Of a stretch of 64,000 nucleotides of DNA, positions 37,701 through 48,591 are shown piece after piece. Under the pieces are notes generated by a model that saw only the letters and a program-made list of their open reading frames with translations, had not been told where the DNA came from and ran no database searches. The stretch covers positions 5,677,374-5,741,373 of the forward strand of contig NC_083418.1 of assembly GCF_020745735.1 (NCBI RefSeq). Reading direction: 5' to 3'. Source of the stretch: Hemiscyllium ocellatum (taxonomy: Eukaryota). Each line of letters begins with the position of its first letter. The first letter of the stretch is position 1. A program made the translations under genes and the position numbers.

Positions 37701-38079
37701 TGGAAGGAGAGTATGATGCTCTGGAGATAGGGGATTTGCAGTGGGAATGGTTTTGGAACCCAGAACGGGGAACTATAGGACCAAACCGAACTGAACAAAA
37801 TATAGATCCAATAGTCGTACCACGACCTCTGAAGCCCTAAGGGATCAGATGGACTCCTCAGGCTCACAACCGAAATTAAAAAGAAGGAAAAAGAAAAAGG
37901 GAATCTAACGGATAAAACACCCATTTCCCAACTGAAGGGGAGGGATGAATGGCTGGACCCAAACCCAGATGTACATGAAGAGACCAATGATGTGGACAGA
38001 CGGAGTCTGGAATAAAACTGGAAAAAAGAGCTGAAATTACACTTGTTTTGCAGAGGGTCAAGTTAATGAGTTAGAAATA

Positions 38080-38984
38080 ATGGGAACACTATTGATTAAG
38101 GAGGCAATATTGGTGATTAGCATCACCCTCCTCCAATAGAATTCAGGAAATGCGTCAGCAGAGGTGTGTCATATAAAGAGAAGGGCTTATAATGATTAGG
38201 CCCCGGGATTTGTATTGTGAGGGAAATGAGTTGGCGATGATCATGTTGGAGCAGTAATCCTTAAGCATTTTGAAAATACCACATTTTCGTATGAGGTACA
38301 AGCCAGCCTATGAGATGAGAAACGCAGCCATCGAGTCCTCCTGCAGGTTAATCCCAAAGGGACGGGCCCCATGATGGCGGCTCCATTCCTTACATGGTCT
38401 GTGGGATTAGTAGGCCGTATACTCTCACCTGGTGGGTGGTGCTCATCCCCTGTGAAATCTGATGGCTTGGTCGAGTGGACCAGACAAGAGTGGAAGCTTG
38501 AGCCTGACTTTTCAGACACAGAGTCATTTCTACTCAGGGTGAACGAGTGGGTGCATGACCTTCCATACTGTACAGAGCTGAACCACTAAGGGCCATTACT
38601 ATGATCCCACAAACTACCCCAGAACCACAGATAGTGAATCTCAGAGAAACCCGGGGTGGGGTTGAATTGTTTTACAAGAAACAGAAGTTACACTGTTGCG
38701 AGGGTATCAACAGGACCAAGTAGTGTTTAACCTGTCAGACATATGGGGGCAGTCTGGTGTATCCAAAAAACCCGGCAGCTCTTTGATGATTTGCTCCAGA
38801 GACCACTCAGTCGTAGTGACTTTACATCGGTATAGAAAAGGAGGATTCGGTGCAGACAAATAACAGGAACCAGCTGTGCAGGAATGGCAAATTTTAACAC
38901 CCTCGATAAAGCAGAAATCGGAGATCATCAGCTACAATCCTTCCAGGAAAAAGTTGAGGATAATTATAGAACAGGGGTATCAGG
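38080..38984 (+). pseudogene. Envelope-like glycoprotein relic, N-terminal part
   Basis: Acceptor cttgttttgcag (38042-38053), then ATG MGTLLIKEAILVISITLL. NAS, NTT and NLS sequons; IVLQET..VVFNLS; a basic cluster followed by ITGTSCAGMANFNTLD and a helical segment. Confidence 0.55.
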
Positions 38985-41822
38985 ATCTGGATCGGTCTAG
39001 TAATAATGGAAAGTGCAGGTGTCGCTGATCACCATCAAAATGTTGAGGTCCCTCTAGAATATCATCAGCCAGGTCATAGACAGAATTGCTCTGAGCACGG
39101 CATGCAATAAGCACACAGCATTTTACAGCACATGTACTAGCTGGCTTCTGTCTTGGTTTGACATGAATATGTCGCAATGAGGCGCCCATAGAGTTCTGGT
39201 GTCAGATAAGGAATTGAATACATGCGTGGAGGAGACGATATTCTTATGCCACTTCAGAAACCTCAGTCTGACCGATCAGGTATTGAGTAACTGTGACCCG
39301 AAGGGGTCATCGGAAGGAGGGGGAGTCCTGGTTGTGAAAGCAAGTTCGGAGGCGGCGGCGGCAGAAGAATTGCTCGACGTCACGGCATCTATTAAATTAC
39401 TTGATGCGTGGACGAAGGGGGATGAAGGTTAATCCTTTGCTGAGCACTGATCGTTCGGCCTCAGTGAGGGGAAGGTCTGAAGGGATGGTGAAAACTCGGC
39501 AGGACCGGGAGCTGGGATCTGGGATGGGTGTGGAGTGGGAGTGGTGGTGGAGCCTTCAACAGGAGTGGGTGTGGTGGTGGTAGTAGAGGGTTGGAGTCAT
39601 GAGCAGGGGTAGTGTTCCCCTCAGCGTTCTGGTAGGCTGGGATGGTGGCAGTAGGATCTGTGGGGGGGAGCGTTTCAGCAGAATGCAGGTTTGTGGCGTT
39701 CGTGTGGGCAGAAGTTGTGGCAAACACGGCAGTGGCGTGGGCAGAAGTCACTGACGGTGTGACATCAGCGATGATGTGAGGGGCGGAAGTGTTGTCAATT
39801 GTGGTGTAAGAGGAATTGTGAGGGGCGGAAGTGGCTGTGGGAGTGACCATGATTGGGGCGGAAGTTACACCATCAATCAGTTTGGCTAATGGCGTCCGAG
39901 CAGTTCCAGAGGCCAGCGTAATGTACTGGAATGTTTGAGGAGTGCTGGTTATGGTGGTAGATAGATAAAAGTTTGTTGTACTTACAGTTTTTGATGTTTG
40001 AGATGGAATTGAAATGCTGTTTGTTGAGAGTATGAATTCTCCTGATGATGTAGCACAGAATGAATCCTTTGCAATTCTGAGAGTGTGGCCCTCAGCTGAG
40101 GCAGGGCTGACTGTGGAGAGGTTGGGTGCTGGCGCATTGCTGGGAGCATGGAGTGACAGATCTTGAAGGAGAACCATTGCTGGTGTTTATGAATCTGAGG
40201 TATGACCTGTTTGTCCTGTTCGGGTCAGAACTCTGCTGGTTGAAAGATGGTCCAGAGTCCGTGTGGGATCAGTTGGTTCCGGAGGCAGGCACTGAGGAAG
40301 CAAATGGGCTGTGGTCACGAGTTTATTTCAGGACATGGTTGAAGAGCTTCAGGGCAGAGGAAATGACCTACGAGTTGCAGTGCTAGAGGGACTCCCTGAG
40401 ATTCTTTTGGAGAGAGGAGGAAATCTTCGACAAGGCAGGCATCCTTGCAAGAGGATTCCCAGTAGGGTTAATATCAGCTAGGTAAAAACAATGGCTGCAG
40501 ATGCTGGAAACCAGATTCTGGATTACTGATGCTGGAAGAGCACAGCAGTTCCACAGCATCCGAGGAGCAGTAACATCGATGTTTCGGGCAAAGGCCCTTC
40601 ATCAGGAATACAGGCAGAGAGCATGAAGGGTGGAGAGATAAGTGAGAGGAGGATGGGGGTGGGCAGAAAGTAGCATAGAGTACAATAGGTGAGTGGAGAT
40701 GGGGATGAAGGTGATAGGTCGGGGGTGGAGTAGATATGTGGAAAAGAAGATAAGCAAGTAGGACAAGTCAGGATAAGTCATGGGGACATGCTGAGCTGGA
40801 AGTTTGGAACTGGGGTGTGGTGGAGTAAGGGGAAATGAGGAAACTGTTGAAGTCCATATTGATGCCCTGGGGTTGAAGTGTTCCGAGGCAGAAGATGAAA
40901 CGCTCTTCCTCCTTGTGGTGAGGGAGCGGCGATGCAGGAGGCCCAGGACCTCCATGTCCTCGGCAGTGTTGGGGGGGACAGTTGAAATGTGGGGCCACAG
41001 GGCGGTGTGGTTGATTAGTGTGGGTGTCCCGGAGATGTTCCCTAAAGCGCTCTGCTGGGAAGCGTCGAGTCTCCCCAATGTAGAGAAGAACGCATCGGGA
41101 GCAACGGATACGATAAATGATATTGTTGGATGTGCAGGTAAAACGTTGAAGGGTGTGGAAGGCTCCATTAGGGCTTTGGATGGCGGTGAGGGAGGTGGTG
41201 TGGGCGCAGGTTTTACAATTCCTGGGGTGGCAGGGGAAGGGGCAAGGATGGGAGAGTGGGTTGAAGGGGGCGTGGACCTGACCAGGTAGTCAGGAAGGAA
41301 ACAGTCTTTGCAGAAGGCGGGAAGTGTTGGGGAGGGAAATATATCCCTGGTGGTGGGGCCTGTTTGGATGTGGAGAAAATGTCGGTGGATGATTTGGTTT
41401 AGACGAAGGTTGGTGGGGTGGAAGGTGAGCACCAGGGGCGTTCTGTCCTTGTTACGGTTGAAGTGGTGGAGTCTGAGGGCGGAGGTGCGGGATGTGGACG
41501 AGGTGCGTGGCGGGGCATCTTTAACCAAGTGGGAAGGGAAATTGAGATATCTAAAGAAGGAGGCCATCTGGTTTGTTCTGTGGTGGAACTGGTCCTCCTG
41601 GGAGCAGATACGGCGGAGGCGGCGGAATTGGGAATACGGGTTGGCATTTATCGAGAAGGTAAGGTGGGAAGAGATGTAATCCAGGTAGCTGTGGGAGTCA
41701 GTGGGTTTGTAAAAAAAAAAATCTGTTTCAAGTCGGTCATCATTAATGGAGATGGTGAGGTCCAGGAAGGAGAGGAAGGTGTCAGAGGTGGTCCAGTTAA
41801 ATTTAAGGTCAGGGTGGAATAT
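38985..41822 (-). mobile_element. Penelope-like element (Neptune-type), partial tandem: RT thumb plus GIY-YIG, hammerhead pseudo-LTR, then the next copy's 5' ORF
   Basis: RTPLVLTFHPTNL; TCTSNNIIYRIRCSRCVLLYIGET..ERFREH; IFCLGTLQPQGIN; CTGATGA core at 40578-40605; Thr/Pro-rich N-terminal ORF 39461..40177. Confidence 0.9.
40578..40605 (-). ncRNA. Minimal hammerhead ribozyme motif
   Basis: CTGATGA A GGGC cttt GCCC GAAA c ATC: intact core, 4-bp stem II, NUH triplet. Confidence 0.65.
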
Positions 41823-42050
41823 GGAAAATCTTGAAACGTGGAACTAAGGACTGAACATTCAGGTTCACACATGGATCAGGATTCGTTCTCACGTGAGTGC
41901 TATAACACAATTTGTTGTTCTTGTAATAATAGTGCTTTATGTTTATTAAATTGGAAAGTTAGGAAATGGAAGGGACTGACAACAGGGATTGATATTGGAG
42001 GCCCAACAGTAGAGGCTTTGTCAAGGTTGTTTACTAGAGGAATGGAATAA
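41823..42050 (+). pseudogene. Envelope-like relic, transmembrane segment and cytoplasmic tail
   Basis: 41848-41949 GLNIQVHTWIRIRSHVSAITQFVVLVIIVLYVY; after a frameshift CLLNWKVRKWKGL..RGME*. Confidence 0.5.
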
Positions 42051-42329
42051 CACGGATAGATTGTTTATAGGATTCATTGCTACTCGTTTATTGGTATTTA
42101 TATTAATATTGTGCTTATTTTGTGAGCTGTGGAAAGCATAAAGCAATGTATTTCCACTGACCAAATGGAAAATGACAGGGGTATTTGAACCCACCTCTGA
42201 AACTGTTGGGCCTCTGAACCCAGGCATTCCGACTCAAAGATCGGGTAACTTCCAGAGTGTCACGTGATCCCAATTAAGAATATTCGTGGTCTGTCTCAAA
42301 TGACACTTGTGCAGAAATTGAATTTAGTT

Positions 42330-42420
42330 GTTGAGAATGTGGTGCTGGAAAGGCGCAGCAGGTCTGGCAGCATCCGAGGAGCAGGAGAATCAACATTTCG
42401 GGTATAAGCCCTTCATCAGG
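42330..42420 (-). mobile_element. Solo PLE tail with hammerhead motif
   Basis: Minus strand cctgatgaagggcttatacccgaaatgttgattctcctgctcctcggatgctgcc. Confidence 0.8.
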
Positions 42421-42487
42421 GATGAGACCAACAAATTGAAGTGAGATTAATTATATTAATCAATCTGTTTAGACGCTACTATACCCT

Positions 42488-42562
42488 TCTGGAGTAGTTG
42501 GGACTTGAACCCTGGCCTCTTATCTCAGAGACAGGGAGACTATCACTGTACCACAGAGAACC
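42488..42562 (-). mobile_element. tRNA-derived SINE head
   Basis: Minus strand gtggtacagtgatag (A box) .. gggttcaagtccca (B box). Confidence 0.55.
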
Positions 42563-42749
42563 CAACTCATAAAATCCCATTTCAATGTGTACCATCGACT
42601 CTCATTCGATCCTCCTGAGGGAAATGTGGACTTTCCTGTTTCCCCCAGAATTGTTTCATTCATTATGAGAGCCAAGTGTTGCTTTTCCTGGAGCTGAGAA
42701 GGTTCTTGTAGCTATTAGGCAAAGTAAAATTGGGCAGCCAGTCCACACA

Positions 42750-42935
42750 GTAAAAGCCCCATAGAAAATGGATTCTCTCAGCAATGAGTTGGGGAGCTGA
42801 TAGTTTGTCCTTTGGTGCTGTTGATGCAGATTATCAGACAGAGGACCCCAGTTCTTCAAAATAGTACATTGGAATCGATTATATCACACTGATAAGGTTA
42901 ACAGAACCTCGGTTTAATATCGTGTCGAAATGACA
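42750..42935 (-). mobile_element. Deu-domain SINE fragment (SacSINE1/AmnSINE1-like)
   Basis: Minus strand atttcgacacgatattaaaccgagg..gattccaatgtactattttgaagaac resembles the remembered Deu core gagacgttaaaccgagg..gatcccatggcactattttgaagaa. Confidence 0.6.
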
Positions 42936-43303
42936 TGAGGCCTCAAACATTATAACTCTTGCTCAAAACTGGACTGATGGCCTAGATTAATGGAAACGGT
43001 GAAATCTGCCCATGCTGAACTGGACATATGCTGTGGTTCTGGTCACTGGAACTATCTGAAATGCTTTGTTGTGGTTTGCTGCGACCAATTGTTCTGATTA
43101 TTGTTAGTCTATAGTATTGATACCGAGTGGGGGCGGGGAGCCACAGAAGGACGGCTCAGTCTTGATAAACAGAATTAGCTTAATATAAAACACTTGATGT
43201 CTAGTTATGTTGCATTTGAGTTATTGTCCCTGGCGTGATATGAGGTTCAATTAAAGAGTAAGATCGCATTACCATTAGCTGCATGGACTTAGCATTGGAA
43301 TAA

Positions 43304-43607
43304 CGGTGGCACAGTGGTTAGCACTGCTGCCTCACAGCGCCTGAGACCCGGGTTCAATTCCCAACTCAGGCGACTGACTGTGTGGAGTTTGCATGTTCTT
43401 CCCGTGTCCGTGTGGGTTTCCTCCGGGTGCTCCGGTTTCCTCCCACAGTCCAAAGATGTGCGGGTCAGGTGAATTGGCCGTGCTAAATTGCCCGTAGTGC
43501 TAGGTAAGGTGTAAATGTAGGGGTATGGGTGGGTTGTGGTTCGGCGGGTCAGTGTGGACTTATTGGGCCGAGGGGCCTGTTTGCACACTGTAAGTAATCT
43601 AATCTAA
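43304..43607 (+). mobile_element. HE1 V-SINE, well preserved
   Basis: ggtggcacagtggttagcactgctgcctcacagcgcc..gggttcaattccc; V domain; CR1-like tail ending taatctaatctaa. Confidence 0.95.
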
Positions 43608-43989
43608 AAACGATATTAGAGAATACACAAACACACTCGTTGCCTCCTCCCAGCATCAGACCTTCATATCCAGATCAGCAGACCTTACCCTGTGGTATTT
43701 CAGGTGCGAACTTAGATTGCTACTCAATTTTCTAGAGTGGGACTTAACCTAACAGCCTTCTGAATCAGAACATACTACCCATTTGAGCCATGGTTAACAA
43801 CAAAAAAACAATAAATATTAAAAATAAACAGTGAAATTGCTTGAACTTATTTGATATTACTACCTAATACATAATTACCAGACGCTACTGCTGTTTTCTC
43901 ATAGAATCGGAGAGATGTGATGTTTGTTCTTGAGCTGGCTGAGTGAGGACAACCTAATCAAGTCCTCCCCCCACACACCAGACTTTGCT

Positions 43990-44400
43990 ATCACAGTCTT
44001 CAATGACACCCAACCCATTATTAGCCACGAATAGTTACCATTAGCAGCTATGCATTCTCCTCGGCTCATTGTTATGCACTCCTTTGTCTGTCCAACTGAC
44101 AAAGGGTCAGTTAGACTCGAAACGTCAGCTCTTTTCTCTTCTTACAGATGCTGCCAAACCTGCTGTGATTTTCCAGCAGTTTCTCTTCTGTTCTTCTCTC
44201 GCTTTGGCGTTTATCCCCATCTATCTTTTTGTCCTTACCCCCTCCCCACATTCTATCTTCTGTATAAAAAAACAACATTTTCCGAGCTATCGTAAGTTCT
44301 GAGGAATGGTCACCCGACCTGAAACATTATCTCTGATTCCTCTTCACAGTTGCTGCCAAACCTGCTAAGGATTCCGAGCAATTTCTGTTTTGATTTCCAA
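43990..44400 (+). mobile_element. PLE tails with two degenerate hammerhead motifs in tandem
   Basis: ctgacaaagggtcagttagactcgaaacgtc (about 44096) and ctgaggaatggtcacccgacctgaaaca (about 44299), each followed by tgctgccaaacctgct. Confidence 0.65.
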
Positions 44401-44409
44401 GTTCACTCA

Positions 44410-44960
44410 CAGAACATAGAACATCACAATGCAGTACATTTCCTTCGGCCCTCAATGTTGCACTAACTTGTGACACCAGTCTGAAGCCCATCTAACCTAC
44501 ACTATTCCATTTTTATCCATATGTTCATCCAATTACCATTTAAATAACCTTAAAGTTGGCGGTTCTACTACTGTTGCGCAGTACTGTTCCAGACCCCGAT
44601 TACTCTCTGAGTAAACAACCGACCTCTGACATCTGAACTACAACGATCACCCCTTACTTTAAAGTGAAGTCCCCTCGTGCTAGCCATCACCATCCAAGGA
44701 AAAGGGGTCTCACTGTCCACCCTATTTAACCCTCTGATTATCTTATATGTCTCAATTAAGTCACCTCTCAAACTTTTTCTCTCTAATGAAAACGGCCTCA
44801 GGTCTCCCAGACTTTCCTCATAAGACTTTCCCTCCATGCCAGGCAGCATTCTGAGAAATCTCCTCTAAACCCTTTCCAAAGCTTCCACATCCTTTCTATA
44901 ATGTGGATTCAATACTCCATTTGCAGCAATACCAATTTCGTACGGCTGCAGCATGGCTGC
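44410..44960 (-). mobile_element. CR1 3' end
   Basis: ORF 44568..44849 MLPGMEGKSYEE..LRGDLIETYKI; agaacatagaac tail. Confidence 0.9.
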
Positions 44961-45199
44961 GTGGCTGGGAGACCATTTTATTCTTCTCTGCCTCTCCTCA
45001 CTGGCCTTAACCATTATGCTCAGCGACCAGCACTTTCCAAGCAAGACTGGCAGAGAAAAAAACCCCGCCCCCACACCCCCTCCCCCCCTCCACTCCGTCT
45101 TGGCACATGGGCATAAATTTGTGATCTGACAGATAGCGCCCTTGCTCTTTCTGTATTGTACTTTATTTAGTTCATGTCTTTGTGCAATTCTCCTTAGAA

Positions 45200-45730
45200 C
45201 ATAAAAAGGAAAGCAACATATTTTGGATGTTGTCGAAAAGTGCAAGTCGGCCAGCACTCAAGGAGCAGGACAGTCGACGTTTAAGACATAAGCTCTTCAT
45301 CAGTATGGATGCTGGAAATCTAAAACAAACACAGGAATTGTTGGAGAGATCCAGTACGTTGGGCAGCATCTGTGGAGTGAGAAATAGAATTAACATTTCA
45401 GTCCAATACGTCTCATCTTCATAACTTCGGTAAACTCCCCAGCTCCAAGATCCACAGTTCAACCAGCCATGAATGAGATAGCATGCTCAGGGGGCAGAAT
45501 AGTGTTGAAAAGTATGGTTTTGGAAAAACACAACTAGTCAGGCAGCATCTGAGGAGCAGGAGATTCAGCGGTTCAAGCATAATATCTTCATCAGAAATGG
45601 TTGCTGATGAAGATCTCATGTTTGAAACGTGGACTCTCTGGCTCCTCAGATGCTGCCTGACCTGTTATGCTTTTCTAGTTCCACACCTTTTTCCTCTGAC
45701 CTCCAACATCTGCAGTCTTCACATTCTCCT
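45200..45730. mobile_element. Cluster of four PLE tails, the last two forming an inverted pair
   Basis: ctcttcatcag (about 45300) and tcttcataac (about 45420) on the minus strand; arms 45505-45594 and 45604-45695 with tcttcatcag..ctgatgaaga back to back. Confidence 0.75.
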
Positions 45731-46089
45731 GCAGGGGCTGAAAAACCCAATTTTGATCCTCGTTCTTGTCTCTTCTTTGCCTGTGCGGTAACTTCCTTTT
45801 ACACCTTTCCAAGCACGTCTTTGAAACGTCTGGGTCCTACAACTGGAAAAGAATATTACGGGTTCTAACCTGTGGGTTCAGCATAACTTATATTCATAAA
45901 GCCAAGGCCCCAGCTTGCAATGTTTCAATATCTTAATTAGCCTGTCCTGCATCCTCAGTTTGTGCAGGAACACTCTAGATCTCTCTTCCTGCATCATTCC
46001 ATTTCCACTCCTCATTCTTCAATTAAATGTATCATTTCAGCCATCTCAGCTGATCACACCAGTCTGTCTCTGTACATTGAATTCCGACA

Positions 46090-46350
46090 TTGTAGAAGCA
46101 GTCCATTTGACCCATTGATTCCACACTAATCCTCTGCAGAGCATCCCACCCAGACACAACCTCCTACCCGATCCCTGAAAACTTGCATTTCCCATGTATG
46201 ATCCACCTTGCCTGCACATCTTTGGACTGTGTGTGGAAAGACAGAACATCCACGGGAAGCTATACAAACTCACGTAAACAGCTGTCCGAGAGTGGAATCG
46301 AATCCTGGTCCCTGGCATTGTGAGACAAGAGTGCGAACCACTGGATATCC
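46090..46350 (-). mobile_element. HE1-type SINE
   Basis: gcctgcacatctttggactgtg..ggaatcgaatcctggtccctggcattgtgagac. Confidence 0.85.
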
Positions 46351-46559
46351 AAACTGCCAGATATTTCCCCAAAGTTGTTTTTTGAAGTACTTATTGCTGA
46401 CTGTATTCTGTTGGGACATACTGAAGGCAGTAGGTGGGAAGGGGTGGTGGTGGTGGTGGCATTTGAGAAGCAGGTGAGGGCTGAACATATGTCTGAAGTT
46501 TCAGTATGAACCAGAAGGGGAGTAAACCCTGTTCATCCTCACTTCATATTTACACAGAT

Positions 46560-46800
46560 CATTTCCCAGTTATGACAGTTGAAATAACTCCAGAGAGGTC
46601 AATAGCCGCCACCAAATCACCCCTTATTTACATGTGCAAAGTTCTGACTCTGGTACAGCATCTTCAAAGTCAGCTATCACAAGGCCATAAATCTCTTATG
46701 TGCTGCTGTTTATCTGTCAGCTAGGGCTCCCTGATTGAAGCAGATTAATAGTTCCAAAAAGGGAACTCATCTTTATCGAAATCCAGCTAGCTGCCAATCA
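46560..46800. repeat. Dispersed repeat, probably an LTR fragment; second copy at 61252-61500
   Basis: Shared blocks ttatttacatgtg / ttatttacacgtg, tatctgtcagctagggctccctgattg / tatctgtcagccaaggctccccgattg, and agggaactca. Confidence 0.55.
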
Positions 46801-46894
46801 CCACACTCTCCAGCAGCTCCGTTAAATATCATTAACCTGGCAGTGAAACAACTAACCGGATGCCCACTCTCTACTGTAGTTACTCCCAATCCAT

Positions 46895-47872
46895 TTGAGA
46901 AGTCGAAACAGGACTCACGCACCATTTTGCAAGGACACAGGCCTAAGCCCCGCCCCTTTAACCACCATCAGGACAGAACCCCACTGGTTCTCACCTACCA
47001 ACGCAACAACCTCCATATACAGCGTACAATCCGCCGTCATTTCAGCCACATCCAAACGGACCGCACCACCAGGACATATTTCCCTCCGCTCCCCTTTCAG
47101 CATTCCGAAAACTTCCTCCATGACTCCCTCGTCAGGTCCACACACCCCACCAACCCAACGTCCACTCCCAGCACCTTCCCCTGAAATCGCAACAAATGCA
47201 AAACTTGCGCCCATACCTCCCCACTTACTTCCCTCCAAGGTCTCAAGGGATACTTCCATATCCGCCACAAATTCACCTGCACCTCCACACACATCATTTA
47301 TTGCATCCACTGCACCCGATGTGGCCTCCTCTATATTGGGGAGACAGGCCACCTACTTGCGGAACGTTTCAGAGAACACCTCTGGGACACCCGGCCCAAC
47401 CAACCCGTGGCTCAACACTTTAACTCCCGCTCCCACTCCACCAAGGACATGCAGGTCCTTGGACTCCTCCATCGCCAGACCATAGCAACACGACGGTTGG
47501 AGGAAGAGCGCCTCATCTTCCGCCTAGGAACCCTCCAACCACAAAGGATGAACTCAGATTTCTCCAATTTCCTCATTTCCCCCCCACACCTCGTCTCAGT
47601 CAAATCCCTCGAACTCAGCACCGCCTTCCTAACCTGCAATCTTCTTCCTGAACTCTCTGCCCCCATCCCACTCCGGCCGATCACCCTCACCTTGACCTCC
47701 TTCCACCTATCGCATCTCCAAAGCCCCGCGCCCAAGTCCCCCCTCCCTGCCTTTATCTTTGTCTGCTGGACACACTTTCCTCATTCCTGAAGAAGAACGA
47801 ATGCCCGAAACGTCGATTCTCCTGTTCCTTGGATGCTGCCTGACCTGCTGCACTTTTCCAGCATCACATTTT
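46895..47872 (+). mobile_element. Penelope-like element 3' part (GIY-YIG plus hammerhead tail)
   Basis: DRTPLVLTY; KCKTC linker; from 47272 FTCTSTHIIYCIHCTRCGLLYIGETG..ERFREH; RRLEEERLIFRLGTLQP; ctgaaga..gcccgaaacgtc. Confidence 0.93.
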
Positions 47873-48014
47873 CTGTTAAGGCCTATTTCAGTGGGTGATT
47901 ATGGAGCATACTAAGCATGAGAAAGTGAGGACTGCAGATGCTGGAGATCAAAGTTGAGAGTGTGGTGCTGGAAAAGCACAGAGAGTCAAGCAGCATCCGA
48001 GGACCAGGAAAATC

Positions 48015-48042
48015 GACATTTCGGGCATAAGCCCTTCATCAG
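48015..48042 (-). ncRNA. Minimal hammerhead ribozyme motif in a solo PLE tail (47918-48045)
   Basis: CTGATGA A GGGC ttat GCCC GAAA t GTC. Confidence 0.65.
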
Positions 48043-48591
48043 GAACCTGATCGTCCTGAGTAACCTGACATGAAGCCCACAGCAATCCGGATTGTTTAGG
48101 TACCCACAGATCATACTGGACCAATCAGCGATCAAATTGGAAAACCTCAATTATTGGCCTGCATGGTTAAATTTCAAGGAGATAATTTGAAGAGAATTCC
48201 AGGGGGGCACGGACACCAGTGTTCTTTTGTGTTTGGAAAAAGTGACAAGTATCAAGGGTAAACCTACCTCTGAAGATTTGACAATGAATCAGCTCAGGGA
48301 GCGGCATTCCTAACTTTGGAGCCAGGTTAGTCCTTACCCTCTCTTATGCCCACAAATACTTGTTGTAAAGATATCTCCCTTGTCTTTATATCTGAATTCC
48401 AGTTTCTACAGGACTAGGAACCAGAGGTCTCTCTCACTCTCAGCAACTATTGGGCCTATGTATCAAGCCCGTGAGAAACTCACTGAAATAGACAGCAGGA
48501 GGCAAAATAGACCATTCACGCAACGATGCAAATAGGACAATGAATGGAAAGGCCTCCAACAGGTAAGGTGCACTTCATTCACAAGAGGCAC

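Noticed and set aside
39461-40177. Mucin-like Thr/Pro-rich protein
   Set aside because: It lies inside the PLE 5' ORF region downstream of its pseudo-LTR; no signal peptide or exon structure.
40602-41567. 321-aa ORF as a host gene
   Set aside because: Frameshifted Penelope sequence; the GIY-YIG motif lies in another frame.
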